Assembly: GCA_002305475.1 (NCBI GenBank)
Contig: DBRB01000015.1
Location: 72,987-136,986, forward strand
Length of the DNA stretch: 64,000 bases
Direction: 5' to 3'
Source: a candidate division WWE3 bacterium UBA1379
GTDB taxonomy: Bacteria; Patescibacteriota; WWE3; UBA101185; UBA10185
How positions within the stretch are numbered: position 1 is the first letter of the stretch; each line of letters begins with the position of its first letter. Shown here piece by piece: positions 49,896 to 59,830 of the stretch. The notes under the pieces were generated by a model, which saw only the letters and a program-made list of their open reading frames with translations, had not been told where the DNA came from and did not search any database. The translations under genes and the position numbers were made by a program.

Positions 49896-50864
49896 ATGAA
49901 ACCCTTGATGACTCTGGAGGTACCTGATCCTAAAGTTGTGATAGACGGTTCCTGGTGGTTTTTATACAGTACCCAGATCATACTGAGTAGTAAGCATGTA
50001 AATGTTCCCACCTACACATCAAGAAACGGAGTGGACTGGGTCTATCTAGGTGATTCCATGCCGGAACTTCCGGCTTGGGGTAGAGGAGATGTTTGGGCTC
50101 CTTCTGTCTGTAAAGTTGTAACCGACGAGTACAGGATGTGTGTAACTGTCAGAAGCAAAGACGAAGGATCAATCAGACCTGTTTTAGGAAGGTCTAACAT
50201 TATCAGTCAGGGATGGAAGTATTCAAATCTTCCACTGATACCTTCTCACCGGTTAAGACGTAATTACGGAAAGAAAGGAAACAGAGAAATTGATCCTGAT
50301 TTCTTTTACGATCCAATAACAAAAAGATGGTGGTTGGTATGGGGCGGCGGAGAAATTAAGATACAGATGATGAATGAGGAGGTGACGGATTTTGAACCGG
50401 GTACACGTCCACAAGTAATACTCAAACCCGATCCGGTACGGTGCAAATCGGAAGCTTATTGGATTGAAGCACCCACTCTAACATTTTTTGACGGACTCTA
50501 TAATCTTACATATTCTGCCGGTGTTCATTACTGGATCGGTGACAGAAAGCCTACATATGTGATTAAGCAGGCAAGAGGCATGCATCTGCTTGGTCCGTAT
50601 TTTCGGCCATCGGAGACAGATAATTGTGATGTTTCTGATTATCTTCTGACGGGTTCCCACCTGGAGGGCGGTTGGATTGCACCCGGGCATCATAGTTTCC
50701 CGATAGAAAACGGTCGGGTAGTGTTTGATGAACAGGATATTCTTTGGTGCTACCACCATGCAATACCTGGATATATTTCACCCAGAGGTAAACCTATCTT
50801 TTATATGTTCCGTTACCCTATGCGGTTTGGAGAGGATGGTTGGCTGCAAAGAGTAAAAAGATAA
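49896..50864 (+). CDS. GH43-family glycoside hydrolase
   Basis: PDP, WAP, IDP, IEAP, PGH motifs of five-bladed propeller GH43; SD AAGGAG before ATG 49896. Confidence 0.75.
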   Translation: MKPLMTLEVPDPKVVIDGSWWFLYSTQIILSSKHVNVPTYTSRNGVDWVYLGDSMPELPAWGRGDVWAPSVCKVVTDEYRMCVTVRSKDEGSIRPVLGRSNIISQGWKYSNLPLIPSHRLRRNYGKKGNREIDPDFFYDPITKRWWLVWGGGEIKIQMMNEEVTDFEPGTRPQVILKPDPVRCKSEAYWIEAPTLTFFDGLYNLTYSAGVHYWIGDRKPTYVIKQARGMHLLGPYFRPSETDNCDVSDYLLTGSHLEGGWIAPGHHSFPIENGRVVFDEQDILWCYHHAIPGYISPRGKPIFYMFRYPMRFGEDGWLQRVKR

Positions 50865-50886
50865 TTGATCCATTCTGTTTAGGAGT

Positions 50887-50923
50887 AAACAGGCAGATAT
50901 TTATTTATATCTGCCTGTTTTTT
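50887..50923 (+). terminator. Intrinsic terminator
   Basis: AAACAGGCAGATAT / ATATCTGCCTGTTT + T-run. Confidence 0.85.
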
Positions 50924-50947
50924 ATTAGGTTTCGGGTCTTATTTGTG

Positions 50948-50998
50948 TTGACAGTGGATGTTAAATGGTGGAATATGGATATACTTGGTGATGAATGG
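50948..50998 (+). promoter_or_regulatory. mraZ promoter with phased TGG repeats (candidate MraZ operator)
   Basis: TTGACA at 50948; TGG at 50955, 50966, 50976, 50986, 50996. Confidence 0.6.
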
Positions 50999-51052
50999 TG
51001 ACAGTCGAATCTTAACGTAAGCTGCCTAAGATTCGACTGCCCATACTTTGAC

Positions 51053-51463
51053 ATGAGAATGTTTCTTGGGGAGTATCAACCGAATATAACCGAAGGATCA
51101 CGCATTGCCCTGCCCAAGAAACTTCGGGATCAGATCCACGGAGATGAAGTAGTTCTCTCCAGGGGATTTGAAAAATGTATTTTTATTTATGATAAAGAAG
51201 ATTGGGTTAACGAAGCTAATAAGCAGGTTGACAGTCCGATAACAGATGTAAAGACCAGAGATCTTAAGCGATATATGTTTGCTTCTGCAACGGAAGCCGC
51301 CGTAGATTCTCAGGGAAGGTTGGTCCTGCCCGCCAATCTTAAGGATTATGCCGGGATAGAAAAGAAAACGGCTGTGATTGGAGCGGGAGATCATATAGAA
51401 ATCTGGGATTTTGATGCCTGGAATGCACATTTACAAAAAATTTCTGCCGAACTGGCTGGGTAA
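51053..51463 (+). CDS. mraZ: Division/cell wall cluster repressor MraZ
   Basis: MFLGEY, R..LP...R, DSQGRL.LP, GAGDHIEIW. Confidence 0.93.
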   Translation: MRMFLGEYQPNITEGSRIALPKKLRDQIHGDEVVLSRGFEKCIFIYDKEDWVNEANKQVDSPITDVKTRDLKRYMFASATEAAVDSQGRLVLPANLKDYAGIEKKTAVIGAGDHIEIWDFDAWNAHLQKISAELAG

Positions 51464-51466
51464 TTT

Positions 51467-52372
51467 ATGAACAACGCAGATAATATGGCGTATCACATAC
51501 CCGTAATGGTCAGGGAAGTCATTGAGTTATTAATGATTAAACCTGACGGTATATACATCGACTGTACATTGGGTGAAGGTGGACATACCCTGGAAATTCT
51601 CAGACGTGGAGGAAATGTATTAGGAATTGATGTAGATGAAAACACAATTAAACGTGCTAAGGAACGAATTAAAACTGAAGGTCTGGGAGAGAAATTCACT
51701 TTTCTGAAAGGTAATTTCAGGGATCTAAATCAGCTTGCTCAACAAGTAGGGATCAGTCAGGCAGACGGAATTTTGTACGATCTTGGATACAGTTCATACC
51801 AGCTTGGTGTAGAAGAACTGGGAATATCCTTTTTACAGGATCAGGCTTTGGATATGCGGCTAGATAAAAGTCTAGGAGTAACTGCAGCGGATCTGGTTAA
51901 TGCCCTAGGTGAGAAAGAGCTGGCCAGAATTTTTTATGAATTCAGCGATGAAAAGTATTCGAAAAGATTTGCTAAAGCTATCGTACAGCATCGTAATTTG
52001 AAGAAGTTTCAGACTACAACAGAACTTTCCGATCTGATTGCTTCTGTAGCTCCTTTAAATTATGAGCATGGAAGGATTCATCCCGCAACCAGGGTTTTTC
52101 AGGCCTTAAGGATTGCGGTTAACAGTGAAATTGACAATCTGAGAGAATCACTGCCCCGGGCCGAGAAGCTATTACTGCCTGGCGGGCGAATGGCTGTCAT
52201 CAGTTTCCATTCGCTTGAAGATAAGACGGTCAAAGACTTTGGCCGCAGCGCTCGGCCCAATTTAAATCTGGTGACGGAAAAACCACTGGTACCGTCCCAA
52301 AGTGAGACTGAAGAAAACATCAGGAGTCGCAGTGCAAAACTGCGGGTCTTCGAAAAAGTATCTAATGTTTAA
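51467..52372 (+). CDS. rsmH: 16S rRNA m4C1402 methyltransferase
   Basis: HIPVM, DCTLGEGGH, DLGYSSYQL, LDMR, HPATRVFQALRIAVN, ISFHSLED, RSAKLR. Confidence 0.96.
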   Translation: MNNADNMAYHIPVMVREVIELLMIKPDGIYIDCTLGEGGHTLEILRRGGNVLGIDVDENTIKRAKERIKTEGLGEKFTFLKGNFRDLNQLAQQVGISQADGILYDLGYSSYQLGVEELGISFLQDQALDMRLDKSLGVTAADLVNALGEKELARIFYEFSDEKYSKRFAKAIVQHRNLKKFQTTTELSDLIASVAPLNYEHGRIHPATRVFQALRIAVNSEIDNLRESLPRAEKLLLPGGRMAVISFHSLEDKTVKDFGRSARPNLNLVTEKPLVPSQSETEENIRSRSAKLRVFEKVSNV

Positions 52373-52447
52373 CGACATTGATACTACCTTTTAACCGGAA
52401 AGAGACTATAAATAGATAGATTAAAGAATATTTAAAGAAAAACTGCC

Positions 52448-52777
52448 ATGTTTAAAAACAATTTTAAAAATGAATCGGCCGGATTAAATCTGTCGAAAAT
52501 ACTTTTTAAAATCAGCCTGGTCTCGCTGATTCTAAGTGTTTTCGCCCAGGTATATTTTACGAATAATGTGGCAATCAGAAGCGGGGAACTAACGGATCTA
52601 AAAACAAAAAGAGAAACACTGAAAAAAGAAATTGCCGCACTTGAATACGAAGATTCACTATTATCCTCTCTTTCCTATTTGGAACAGAAATCATCAGAAA
52701 TGGGATTTGTAAAAATGACCGAAAACGTATTAGCAATCAAAAGCTCTTCTACAGCAGCTGCAGTTAGTATCAGATAA
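52448..52777 (+). CDS. ftsL: FtsL-like cell division protein
   Basis: Single TM + coiled coil, located between rsmH and ftsI. Confidence 0.6.
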   Translation: MFKNNFKNESAGLNLSKILFKISLVSLILSVFAQVYFTNNVAIRSGELTDLKTKRETLKKEIAALEYEDSLLSSLSYLEQKSSEMGFVKMTENVLAIKSSSTAAAVSIR

Positions 52778-52788
52778 AATAAAACTCC

Positions 52789-54594
52789 ATGAACAGATCA
52801 CGTGAAAAGAAAAACAGCACCTGGAGGATAAGTGTAATACAGGGAGTATTCATACTGGTCTGTCTATTATTTATTGCCCGGTTATTCCAAATCCAGGTTT
52901 TACAGCACAAACAGTATAAAGCTATGGCTTCCGAACAATACTGGACTTTATACGATCTTCCGGCACGAAGAGGGGATATATTAAGTAATGATGGTTTTGT
53001 TCTTGCTACAACCCAGAATCATTTCCTTTTGTTTTCCGAACCTCAGAAAATATTAAAGAAAGATGAAACAGCAAAGGTTCTTTCAGAACTAATGGCATCT
53101 TTTAAGGTGGAAAAAGATGCAAAACCGGAGGAAATTGATGAAATAAAGACGCAGTATCAGGAAAGATTTCAGGGAATATTTAAATCTAATCTTGTATGGG
53201 CAATTCTTGAACACAACCTCACACCCCCTCAAAAAGAAGAGATTGAAAAACTTAGCTTGGAAGGAATTGGGTTTGAAGTAGAACCGGTCAGATATTATCC
53301 GGAAGGAAATCTGAGTGCACATATTCTTGGTTTTGTGGCTAGCAATGAAAAAGGTGAAAAACAGGGGTATTTCGGGATTGAAGGTCAGCTGGACGGAGAC
53401 CTGAAGGGAAAACCGGGAAGAATTATTGAGGAAAAAGATGCTTTGGGTACTCCTATTCTTGTTGGCGGACACAAAAGAGTAGATCCGATAAACGGAAGAA
53501 GTGTGGTATTAACTATTAATCGTTCAGTCCAGTATTTGGTGGAAAAAACACTTAAAGATGGTGTGGAAAGATATGATGCAGCATCAGGAAGTGTTATTGT
53601 GATGGATCCTTTTACCGGTGAAATTGTGGCGTTGGCTAATTACCCCACATTTGATCCGGCAAATTTTACAGATGATGTAAAGGAATCAACCGAGTCACCA
53701 CACAGAAAAAGTATCGAGAAAAGAAACCTGGCAATTTCCGAAACATATGAACCTGGTTCGGTATTAAAACCTCTTACTGTTTCTGCGGCAATAGATTTAA
53801 AGAAAGTCACTCCGCAGACAACATTTGAAGACAACGGGCCGGTAAATTATTCAGGTTACACCATTGATAACTGGGATGGAAAGCACCATGGAACACAAAC
53901 TATCATTCAGTTATTGCAGAAATCAAATAATATAGGTGCGGCTTGGGTAGGGCATTTGGTCGGGGAAAAAGATCTTTATACCTATTTTAGTAAATTCGGC
54001 ATGGGATCAAGACATGGTATTGATCTTGAAGGAGAGGACACTGGAATTCTCAGAGATTATAAAACATGGACCGATATTGATTTGGCAAACATTGCATTTG
54101 GACAGGGAATCTCCGCTACTCCCTTACAGGTTTTAACTGCTTTTAATGTGATGGCTAACGGAGGAAATCTCATTCAGCCGAAAATTATTTCCCGAATTAT
54201 TGATGAAGAAAAAGTCATTGAAGTACCCTTAAAAACAGTCAGAAGGGTAATATCAAAAGAAACATCTGATACTATGGTTGATATGCTGACACAGGCGGTG
54301 GAAGGTGGAGAGTCGAAATATTTTAATCTTAAAGAATATAAAATAGCTGGAAAAACCGGTACAGCCCAGATTCCTATAGGCGGAAAATATGATCCGAGAA
54401 AGACTAATGCCACCTTTGTAGGATTTCTTACCAATACAAAAAAGTTCTCCATGATAGTAAGATTGGACAGACCGGAAACAAGTGTTTATGCTGCGGAGAC
54501 TGCGGTACCTCTTTGGATGAGTATTGCCGCGGAATTGGTTAAATATTACGGAATTGCTCCTGACAATATTATTCAGACAGAGTTGGAACCATAA
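52789..54594 (+). CDS. ftsI: Class B penicillin-binding protein (FtsI/PBP2 family)
   Basis: RGDI, RYYPEG, YEPGSVLK (SxxK), KSNN (SxN), KTGTAQ. Confidence 0.9.
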   Translation: MNRSREKKNSTWRISVIQGVFILVCLLFIARLFQIQVLQHKQYKAMASEQYWTLYDLPARRGDILSNDGFVLATTQNHFLLFSEPQKILKKDETAKVLSELMASFKVEKDAKPEEIDEIKTQYQERFQGIFKSNLVWAILEHNLTPPQKEEIEKLSLEGIGFEVEPVRYYPEGNLSAHILGFVASNEKGEKQGYFGIEGQLDGDLKGKPGRIIEEKDALGTPILVGGHKRVDPINGRSVVLTINRSVQYLVEKTLKDGVERYDAASGSVIVMDPFTGEIVALANYPTFDPANFTDDVKESTESPHRKSIEKRNLAISETYEPGSVLKPLTVSAAIDLKKVTPQTTFEDNGPVNYSGYTIDNWDGKHHGTQTIIQLLQKSNNIGAAWVGHLVGEKDLYTYFSKFGMGSRHGIDLEGEDTGILRDYKTWTDIDLANIAFGQGISATPLQVLTAFNVMANGGNLIQPKIISRIIDEEKVIEVPLKTVRRVISKETSDTMVDMLTQAVEGGESKYFNLKEYKIAGKTGTAQIPIGGKYDPRKTNATFVGFLTNTKKFSMIVRLDRPETSVYAAETAVPLWMSIAAELVKYYGIAPDNIIQTELEP

Positions 54595-54794
54595 ACTGCT
54601 GATACTCAACCCATCTTAAATGTACTATACTTATAGTGTGATGGATAAACACCAACTAATATTATGGATTTATCCGTTTAAATAAATCGTTTTATGAAGT
54701 AATAACGCCAAATAAAGGAGAGATTTAAGTAATTCTATTTATAAAAATTGGAATTATTCTTGTTATATAAGAAAAATTCCTATATCATTTTATT

Positions 54795-55196
54795 ATGAAA
54801 AAGATATTAATAGTGGAAGACGATGAGTCTTTTTACAATGTATGTGCAACTGCCATTAAGTTAAAAGGTTATGATGTTGTCCATGTATCGGACGGTTCAC
54901 AGGCAATTGAAAGGATTCAGAGTGAATCTCCCGATCTGGTTCTTTTGGACATTGTTCTTCCAGGAATGAGCGGACTGGATATATTGCAGAACCTTAAGGA
55001 AATGGAAGAAACAAAAAACATCAGAGTCATTATGCTCACAAATTTTGGTACTGATGCTAATGTCGATAAAGCTATTGAGTTGGGAGCGGAAGACTACATT
55101 ATGAAATACAACGTAGTTCCCCACGAACTGGCGGAAAGAGTGGCAATAGCCTTGGGAGACAGTGCCGATACAGCAGTAAAATTTGTAGGTGATTAA
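54795..55196 (+). CDS. Single-domain response regulator
   Basis: ILIVEDD, DLVLLDIVLPGMSG, MLT, GA.DYI.K. Confidence 0.92.
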   Translation: MKKILIVEDDESFYNVCATAIKLKGYDVVHVSDGSQAIERIQSESPDLVLLDIVLPGMSGLDILQNLKEMEETKNIRVIMLTNFGTDANVDKAIELGAEDYIMKYNVVPHELAERVAIALGDSADTAVKFVGD

Positions 55197-55216
55197 TAAG
55201 TAAATACCTGCCCAAA

Positions 55217-56053
55217 ATGATTGAGTCATTAATTACTATCACCAGCTCAATAACTATACTCGCTTTAGTATTCCTTTTCCTCTATGTAAAAAAATTCCAG
55301 GAAATAACTGAACTGCACAGACAGATTGAAGAGCTTGAAAAGCATGCAGGGGATGGGGACCGGGTCATGAAGGTACGGGAGGAATTTTTGGCGATGATTA
55401 TTCACGAATTAAGAGCTCCTCTTTCGGTAATTAAAGGTTCTGCTGATCTTATCATCAGAGAAGCTGGAACCTTAACCAAGGATCAGATTTCCGAACTATT
55501 AGATCAGATAAAAACCTCATCTTCCGATTTACTTGGTATGGTAAATGACATGCTGGATGTTTCGAAAATCGAAGCTGGCAGGTTTGAAATCTATCCTAAA
55601 GATGCAGTTTTAAATGATGTACTTGAAGAAGAATATAAGATGTATGTACCCCTCGCTTCTGAAAAAGGAATTGATTTCAGTATTCATCTTGATCCCTATG
55701 TATCTCATGTAAGATTCGATCCGGATAAAATTAGGCAGGTGTTAAACAATCTGCTTTCTAATGCCTTAAAGTTTACTCCACAGGGAGGAAAAGTAGATCT
55801 GTTATCCGAAAAAGTGGACGGTAAGGTTAAGATTACCGTTTCCGATACCGGAATTGGTATTCCGGAACAGATCAAGGCAAAATTATTCAATAAATTTGTC
55901 CAGGGTGCGGCTGGCAACCATTCATCAGAAAAAGGCACCGGGTTAGGTTTGGTGATTGCCAAAGGAATTGTGGAAGCACATAACGGTTCAATTTGGATGG
56001 AAGATAATAAGCCAAAAGGCGTGAAGTTTTTATTTACCTTACCTATCTCGTGA
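55217..56053 (+). CDS. Histidine kinase (one TM, no evident sensor domain)
   Basis: HELRAPL, NLLSNALKFT, DTGIGI, GTGLGL. Confidence 0.92.
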   Translation: MIESLITITSSITILALVFLFLYVKKFQEITELHRQIEELEKHAGDGDRVMKVREEFLAMIIHELRAPLSVIKGSADLIIREAGTLTKDQISELLDQIKTSSSDLLGMVNDMLDVSKIEAGRFEIYPKDAVLNDVLEEEYKMYVPLASEKGIDFSIHLDPYVSHVRFDPDKIRQVLNNLLSNALKFTPQGGKVDLLSEKVDGKVKITVSDTGIGIPEQIKAKLFNKFVQGAAGNHSSEKGTGLGLVIAKGIVEAHNGSIWMEDNKPKGVKFLFTLPIS

Positions 56054-56065
56054 TACTATTCTCTC

Positions 56066-57445
56066 ATGATTATTCCGGATCATATTTTTAGGACATATGA
56101 TATCCGAGGGGTTTATCCTGATGAAATAAACGAAGAATCCGCTTACCACATCGGAAGAGCATTCGGAACTTTAGTCAGAGGAAAAGGGTGGTTTGATTGT
56201 GTGGTCGGGAGGGATAACCGGACATCATCTGAACCATTAAGCAAAGCTGTGATTCGGGGACTGACAGATTCAGGTTGCAATGTAATATATACAGGCCTAA
56301 CTACCAATCCTCAGATTCATTTTTTTACTCGCCATGAAAGTTTTCATGGCGGAGTTAATATCACTGCCAGTCACAATCCTCTACAGTTTAATGGAATAAA
56401 ACTAGATCTTAATGGTGCGGTTCCAGTGTGGGGAATTGGTCTGAAAGAACTCAGAGAAGTATGTCTAAAGGAAAATTATGTTTCAGGAGAAGGTGCAGTT
56501 CAAGAAAAAGATCTGTCAGAAAGTTATGTTAAATATGTAACCTCAAAATTTACTAGCCTGAAAAGCGGAAAAATTGTGGTGGACAGCGGTACAGGTGCTG
56601 CAGGTGTATCTGCGAAAAAAATATTTGAGAAATTAGGTCTGAATACTGTATTTCTGCATTGTGAACCTGACAGCAGTTTTCCCCTGGGGCCTCCCGATCC
56701 TGAAGGAGAAGTAATGCAAAAAAGATTAAGCTCAGAAGTGCTGGAGCACGGTGCAGATATAGGTTTTGCATTGGATACGGACGGTGATCGTCTGAATGTA
56801 GTGGATGAAAAAGGTAAAAGCTACCGAAGTGATGAAATTCTAATGTTAATAAGTGAGGATATGCTGAAACGATATCCCGGAGGACAGGTGGTATATGATG
56901 TGAAATGCACCGGACTTTTGGATAATGTAATAAAAAAAGCAGGAGGAATTCCGAAAATGACGGCAACGGGTCGTTCCATAATTCTTAATGAAATGAATAA
57001 ATCACTTTTGGGAGGAGAATTCAGCGGACACATCTATATCGGAGGAGATGATTATCTGGGATATGATGACGGAATATTTACAGCACTGACAGTTCTTAAG
57101 ATTATTCAGGAACATAACTTACCCTTATCTGCATTAATGAGCAGTTATCCCCGGCTGCCCAGCACATTGGAAATAAAGGTGGATGTATCAGACAAGGAAA
57201 AACCCGGCGTGATGGAAACAGTCAGAAGACTGGTTTCGGACATGGTAAAGAATGAAGACAGAATCATCAGGGTACTGTATATCGACGGAGTAAGAGCATA
57301 TATTTCCGAGACCGGATGGTTTCTCATACGCAGTTCAAATACCTCACCATATTTAAGTGTTAGAGCGGAAGGAAAAGACCAAGAGGAACTTGATGCTCTG
57401 TTATCAATTACGGAAGAAATTCTTAAAAAAGCACTTAATAACTAA
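56066..57445 (+). CDS. Phosphomannomutase/phosphoglucomutase
   Basis: FRTYDIRG, TASHNP, DTDGDR, GEFSGH, RSSNT. Confidence 0.93.
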   Translation: MIIPDHIFRTYDIRGVYPDEINEESAYHIGRAFGTLVRGKGWFDCVVGRDNRTSSEPLSKAVIRGLTDSGCNVIYTGLTTNPQIHFFTRHESFHGGVNITASHNPLQFNGIKLDLNGAVPVWGIGLKELREVCLKENYVSGEGAVQEKDLSESYVKYVTSKFTSLKSGKIVVDSGTGAAGVSAKKIFEKLGLNTVFLHCEPDSSFPLGPPDPEGEVMQKRLSSEVLEHGADIGFALDTDGDRLNVVDEKGKSYRSDEILMLISEDMLKRYPGGQVVYDVKCTGLLDNVIKKAGGIPKMTATGRSIILNEMNKSLLGGEFSGHIYIGGDDYLGYDDGIFTALTVLKIIQEHNLPLSALMSSYPRLPSTLEIKVDVSDKEKPGVMETVRRLVSDMVKNEDRIIRVLYIDGVRAYISETGWFLIRSSNTSPYLSVRAEGKDQEELDALLSITEEILKKALNN

Positions 57446-57536
57446 TAATTGTTGTAATATTGCTTGTTAAATTTCTGATATACTTTAAACAGGTGCTGAA
57501 GGCACACGGTGTACATTTAATCTAGGAGAAATATAT

Positions 57537-59813
57537 ATGAAGAAAATATCTGCCCACGTACTGTGGTTTAAACAGGTTAGAAAAACGGACATCCCGATAG
57601 TCGGGGGAAAAGGTGCTAACCTGGGCGAAATGACCCATGCAGGTATTCCAGTTCCAAACGGTTTTATTGTTACAGCCGCCGCCTATTATGACTTTCTAAA
57701 AGGAACTTCTTTAAGACAAAAAATATTAACCGAACTATCCGGCTTGGATGTTAATGATTCAAAAGAGCTTCAGGCAGCATCCAAAAGGATAAAGACGGCA
57801 ATTTTAGCTGCGGATATGCCGGATGAATTAGCCGTAAAAATAAAGGAATTTTATCATGATCTATGCGGGGAACATGACAAACCGGTGGCTGTCAGATCAT
57901 CAGCTACTGCGGAGGATCTACCCGATGCATCATTTGCCGGTCAGCAGGAAACATATTTAAATGTGTGCGGATACAAAGATGTGGTGAAAAGTGTACAAAA
58001 ATGCTGGGCTTCACTGTTTGAAGCAAGAGCAATATTTTACAGGACAACAAACGGATTTAGCCATTTCAAGGTCGGTATAGCAGTACCGGTTCAATTAATG
58101 GTACAGTCGGATATCTCAGGAATTATGTTTACTGTAAATCCTCTCACTAATGAGTTGAGTGAGGTATCCATAGAAGCTGCCTATGGTTTGGGACAACCGG
58201 TAGTTTCCGGAGAATTGACCCCGGATCAGTTTATTGTTGATAAAAAGACTTTAAAGATTAAAGAAAAACAAATAGCCAAACAGACCTGGCAGCTAACTAA
58301 GGCAGGAAATGTTCCTATATCAAGAGCTTATCAAACTAAACAGAAGATGAGCGATCTGTTTGTGAAACGCTTGGCGGAAATCGGAATTAAAATTGAAGAA
58401 CATTACGGAAGACCGATGGATATTGAATGGGGTATGGAAAACAAGAAGTTGTATATTGTACAGGCCAGACCGGTTACTACCTTAAAAGCCAAGGAAATGA
58501 AGGAAGTTACAAAAATTGATGAGAAATTGGTAGGAAAATATATTCTTGAAGGATTGGGTGCATCTCCTGGTGTGGCAAGTGGTCCGGTTAAAATGGTTCA
58601 CAATTATAAAGAGATTGATAAAGTAAAAGAAGGAGATGTATTGGTTGCAGTCATGACTAATCCGGATTATGTTCCCGCTATGAAAAGAGCAAGTGCAATA
58701 GTGACTGATGAGGGTGGAAGAACCTGTCATGCAGCCATTGTTTCCAGAGAATTGGGTGTACCTGCAGTAGTCGGTTCTGTTAATGCCACAAAACTTTTAA
58801 AGGACGGAGAAATTATTACGGTAGATGGAAATGAAGGCAAGGTGTATGAGGGGAATATTACAATTACGGAGGAAGTAAAAGATACAACAGGAATTGATGC
58901 ATCAAGAATTAAAACTGCAACGAAGTTGTATGTAAACCTGGCCGAGCCTGAACTTGCCGAAGATATGGCAAAAAATAATGTAGATGGTGTGGGTTTGTTA
59001 AGAGCAGAGTTTATGATAGCTCAGATCGGTGTTCACCCAAGAAAATTTATTAAAGATGGAAAAAGCCACGAATTTGTGAAGAAGCTAGCTGATGGTATGG
59101 AGAAATTTGCCAAAGCATTTGATAAGCGACCTGTTGTCTATCGTTTTACTGACTTCAGATCCAATGAATACGCAAATCTTAAAGGCGGAGCAGAATATGA
59201 AAGACCTGAACCTAACCCGATGATTGGTTATCGTGGTACAGGGAGATATCTGGATGATCCTGAAGTATTTAAGCTTGAAATTGAAGCAATAAAAATTGTC
59301 AGAAATAAAAAAGGCTTAAAGAATCTGCATGTGATGTTTCCTTTTGTCAGAACCGTCGAGCAGCTTAGAGAAGTCAAAAAATTAATGTCATCATACGGAT
59401 TAAGACGGGGAGGTCTGTTTAAAGTATGGATGATGGTAGAAATACCATCAAATGTGATTCTTCTTGATGAATTTATCAAAGAGGGAATAGACGGAGTCAG
59501 TATCGGTTCAAATGATCTGACTATGCTTATACTTGGAGTTGATCGGGATAATGAAAAGGTTGCTCCGATTTACAGTGAAATGGATCCGGCGGTGTTGGCC
59601 AGTTTTGAAAAAATTGTTACCACTTGTAAAAAACACAGAGTAACCTGCTCTATGTGCGGACAGGCTCCGTCAGTATATCCTGAACTGGTGGATAAACTAG
59701 TGCACTGGGGTATCACATCTGTTTCAGTCAGTCCCGATGTGATCGATAAGACCAGGCTGATTGTATACGAAGCAGAAAAGAAGCTGTTAAAAAACAGACA
59801 TGTGAAAAAGTAA
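57537..59813 (+). CDS. ppsA: Phosphoenolpyruvate synthase
   Basis: VGGKGANLGEM, RSSATAEDLP.ASFAGQQ, GGRTCHAAIVSRELG, GLLRAEF, SIGSNDL. Confidence 0.95.
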   Translation: MKKISAHVLWFKQVRKTDIPIVGGKGANLGEMTHAGIPVPNGFIVTAAAYYDFLKGTSLRQKILTELSGLDVNDSKELQAASKRIKTAILAADMPDELAVKIKEFYHDLCGEHDKPVAVRSSATAEDLPDASFAGQQETYLNVCGYKDVVKSVQKCWASLFEARAIFYRTTNGFSHFKVGIAVPVQLMVQSDISGIMFTVNPLTNELSEVSIEAAYGLGQPVVSGELTPDQFIVDKKTLKIKEKQIAKQTWQLTKAGNVPISRAYQTKQKMSDLFVKRLAEIGIKIEEHYGRPMDIEWGMENKKLYIVQARPVTTLKAKEMKEVTKIDEKLVGKYILEGLGASPGVASGPVKMVHNYKEIDKVKEGDVLVAVMTNPDYVPAMKRASAIVTDEGGRTCHAAIVSRELGVPAVVGSVNATKLLKDGEIITVDGNEGKVYEGNITITEEVKDTTGIDASRIKTATKLYVNLAEPELAEDMAKNNVDGVGLLRAEFMIAQIGVHPRKFIKDGKSHEFVKKLADGMEKFAKAFDKRPVVYRFTDFRSNEYANLKGGAEYERPEPNPMIGYRGTGRYLDDPEVFKLEIEAIKIVRNKKGLKNLHVMFPFVRTVEQLREVKKLMSSYGLRRGGLFKVWMMVEIPSNVILLDEFIKEGIDGVSIGSNDLTMLILGVDRDNEKVAPIYSEMDPAVLASFEKIVTTCKKHRVTCSMCGQAPSVYPELVDKLVHWGITSVSVSPDVIDKTRLIVYEAEKKLLKNRHVKK

Positions 59814-59830
59814 AAACCGGAAGAATTATC

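Noticed and set aside
54640-54680. ATGGATAAA...TTTATCCGT inverted repeat between ftsI and the response regulator
   Set aside because: AT-rich imperfect stem without supporting features; could be chance
57490-57510. GTGC-TGAAG-GCAC hairpin before ppsA as a riboswitch
   Set aside because: 4-bp stem with no other aptamer elements
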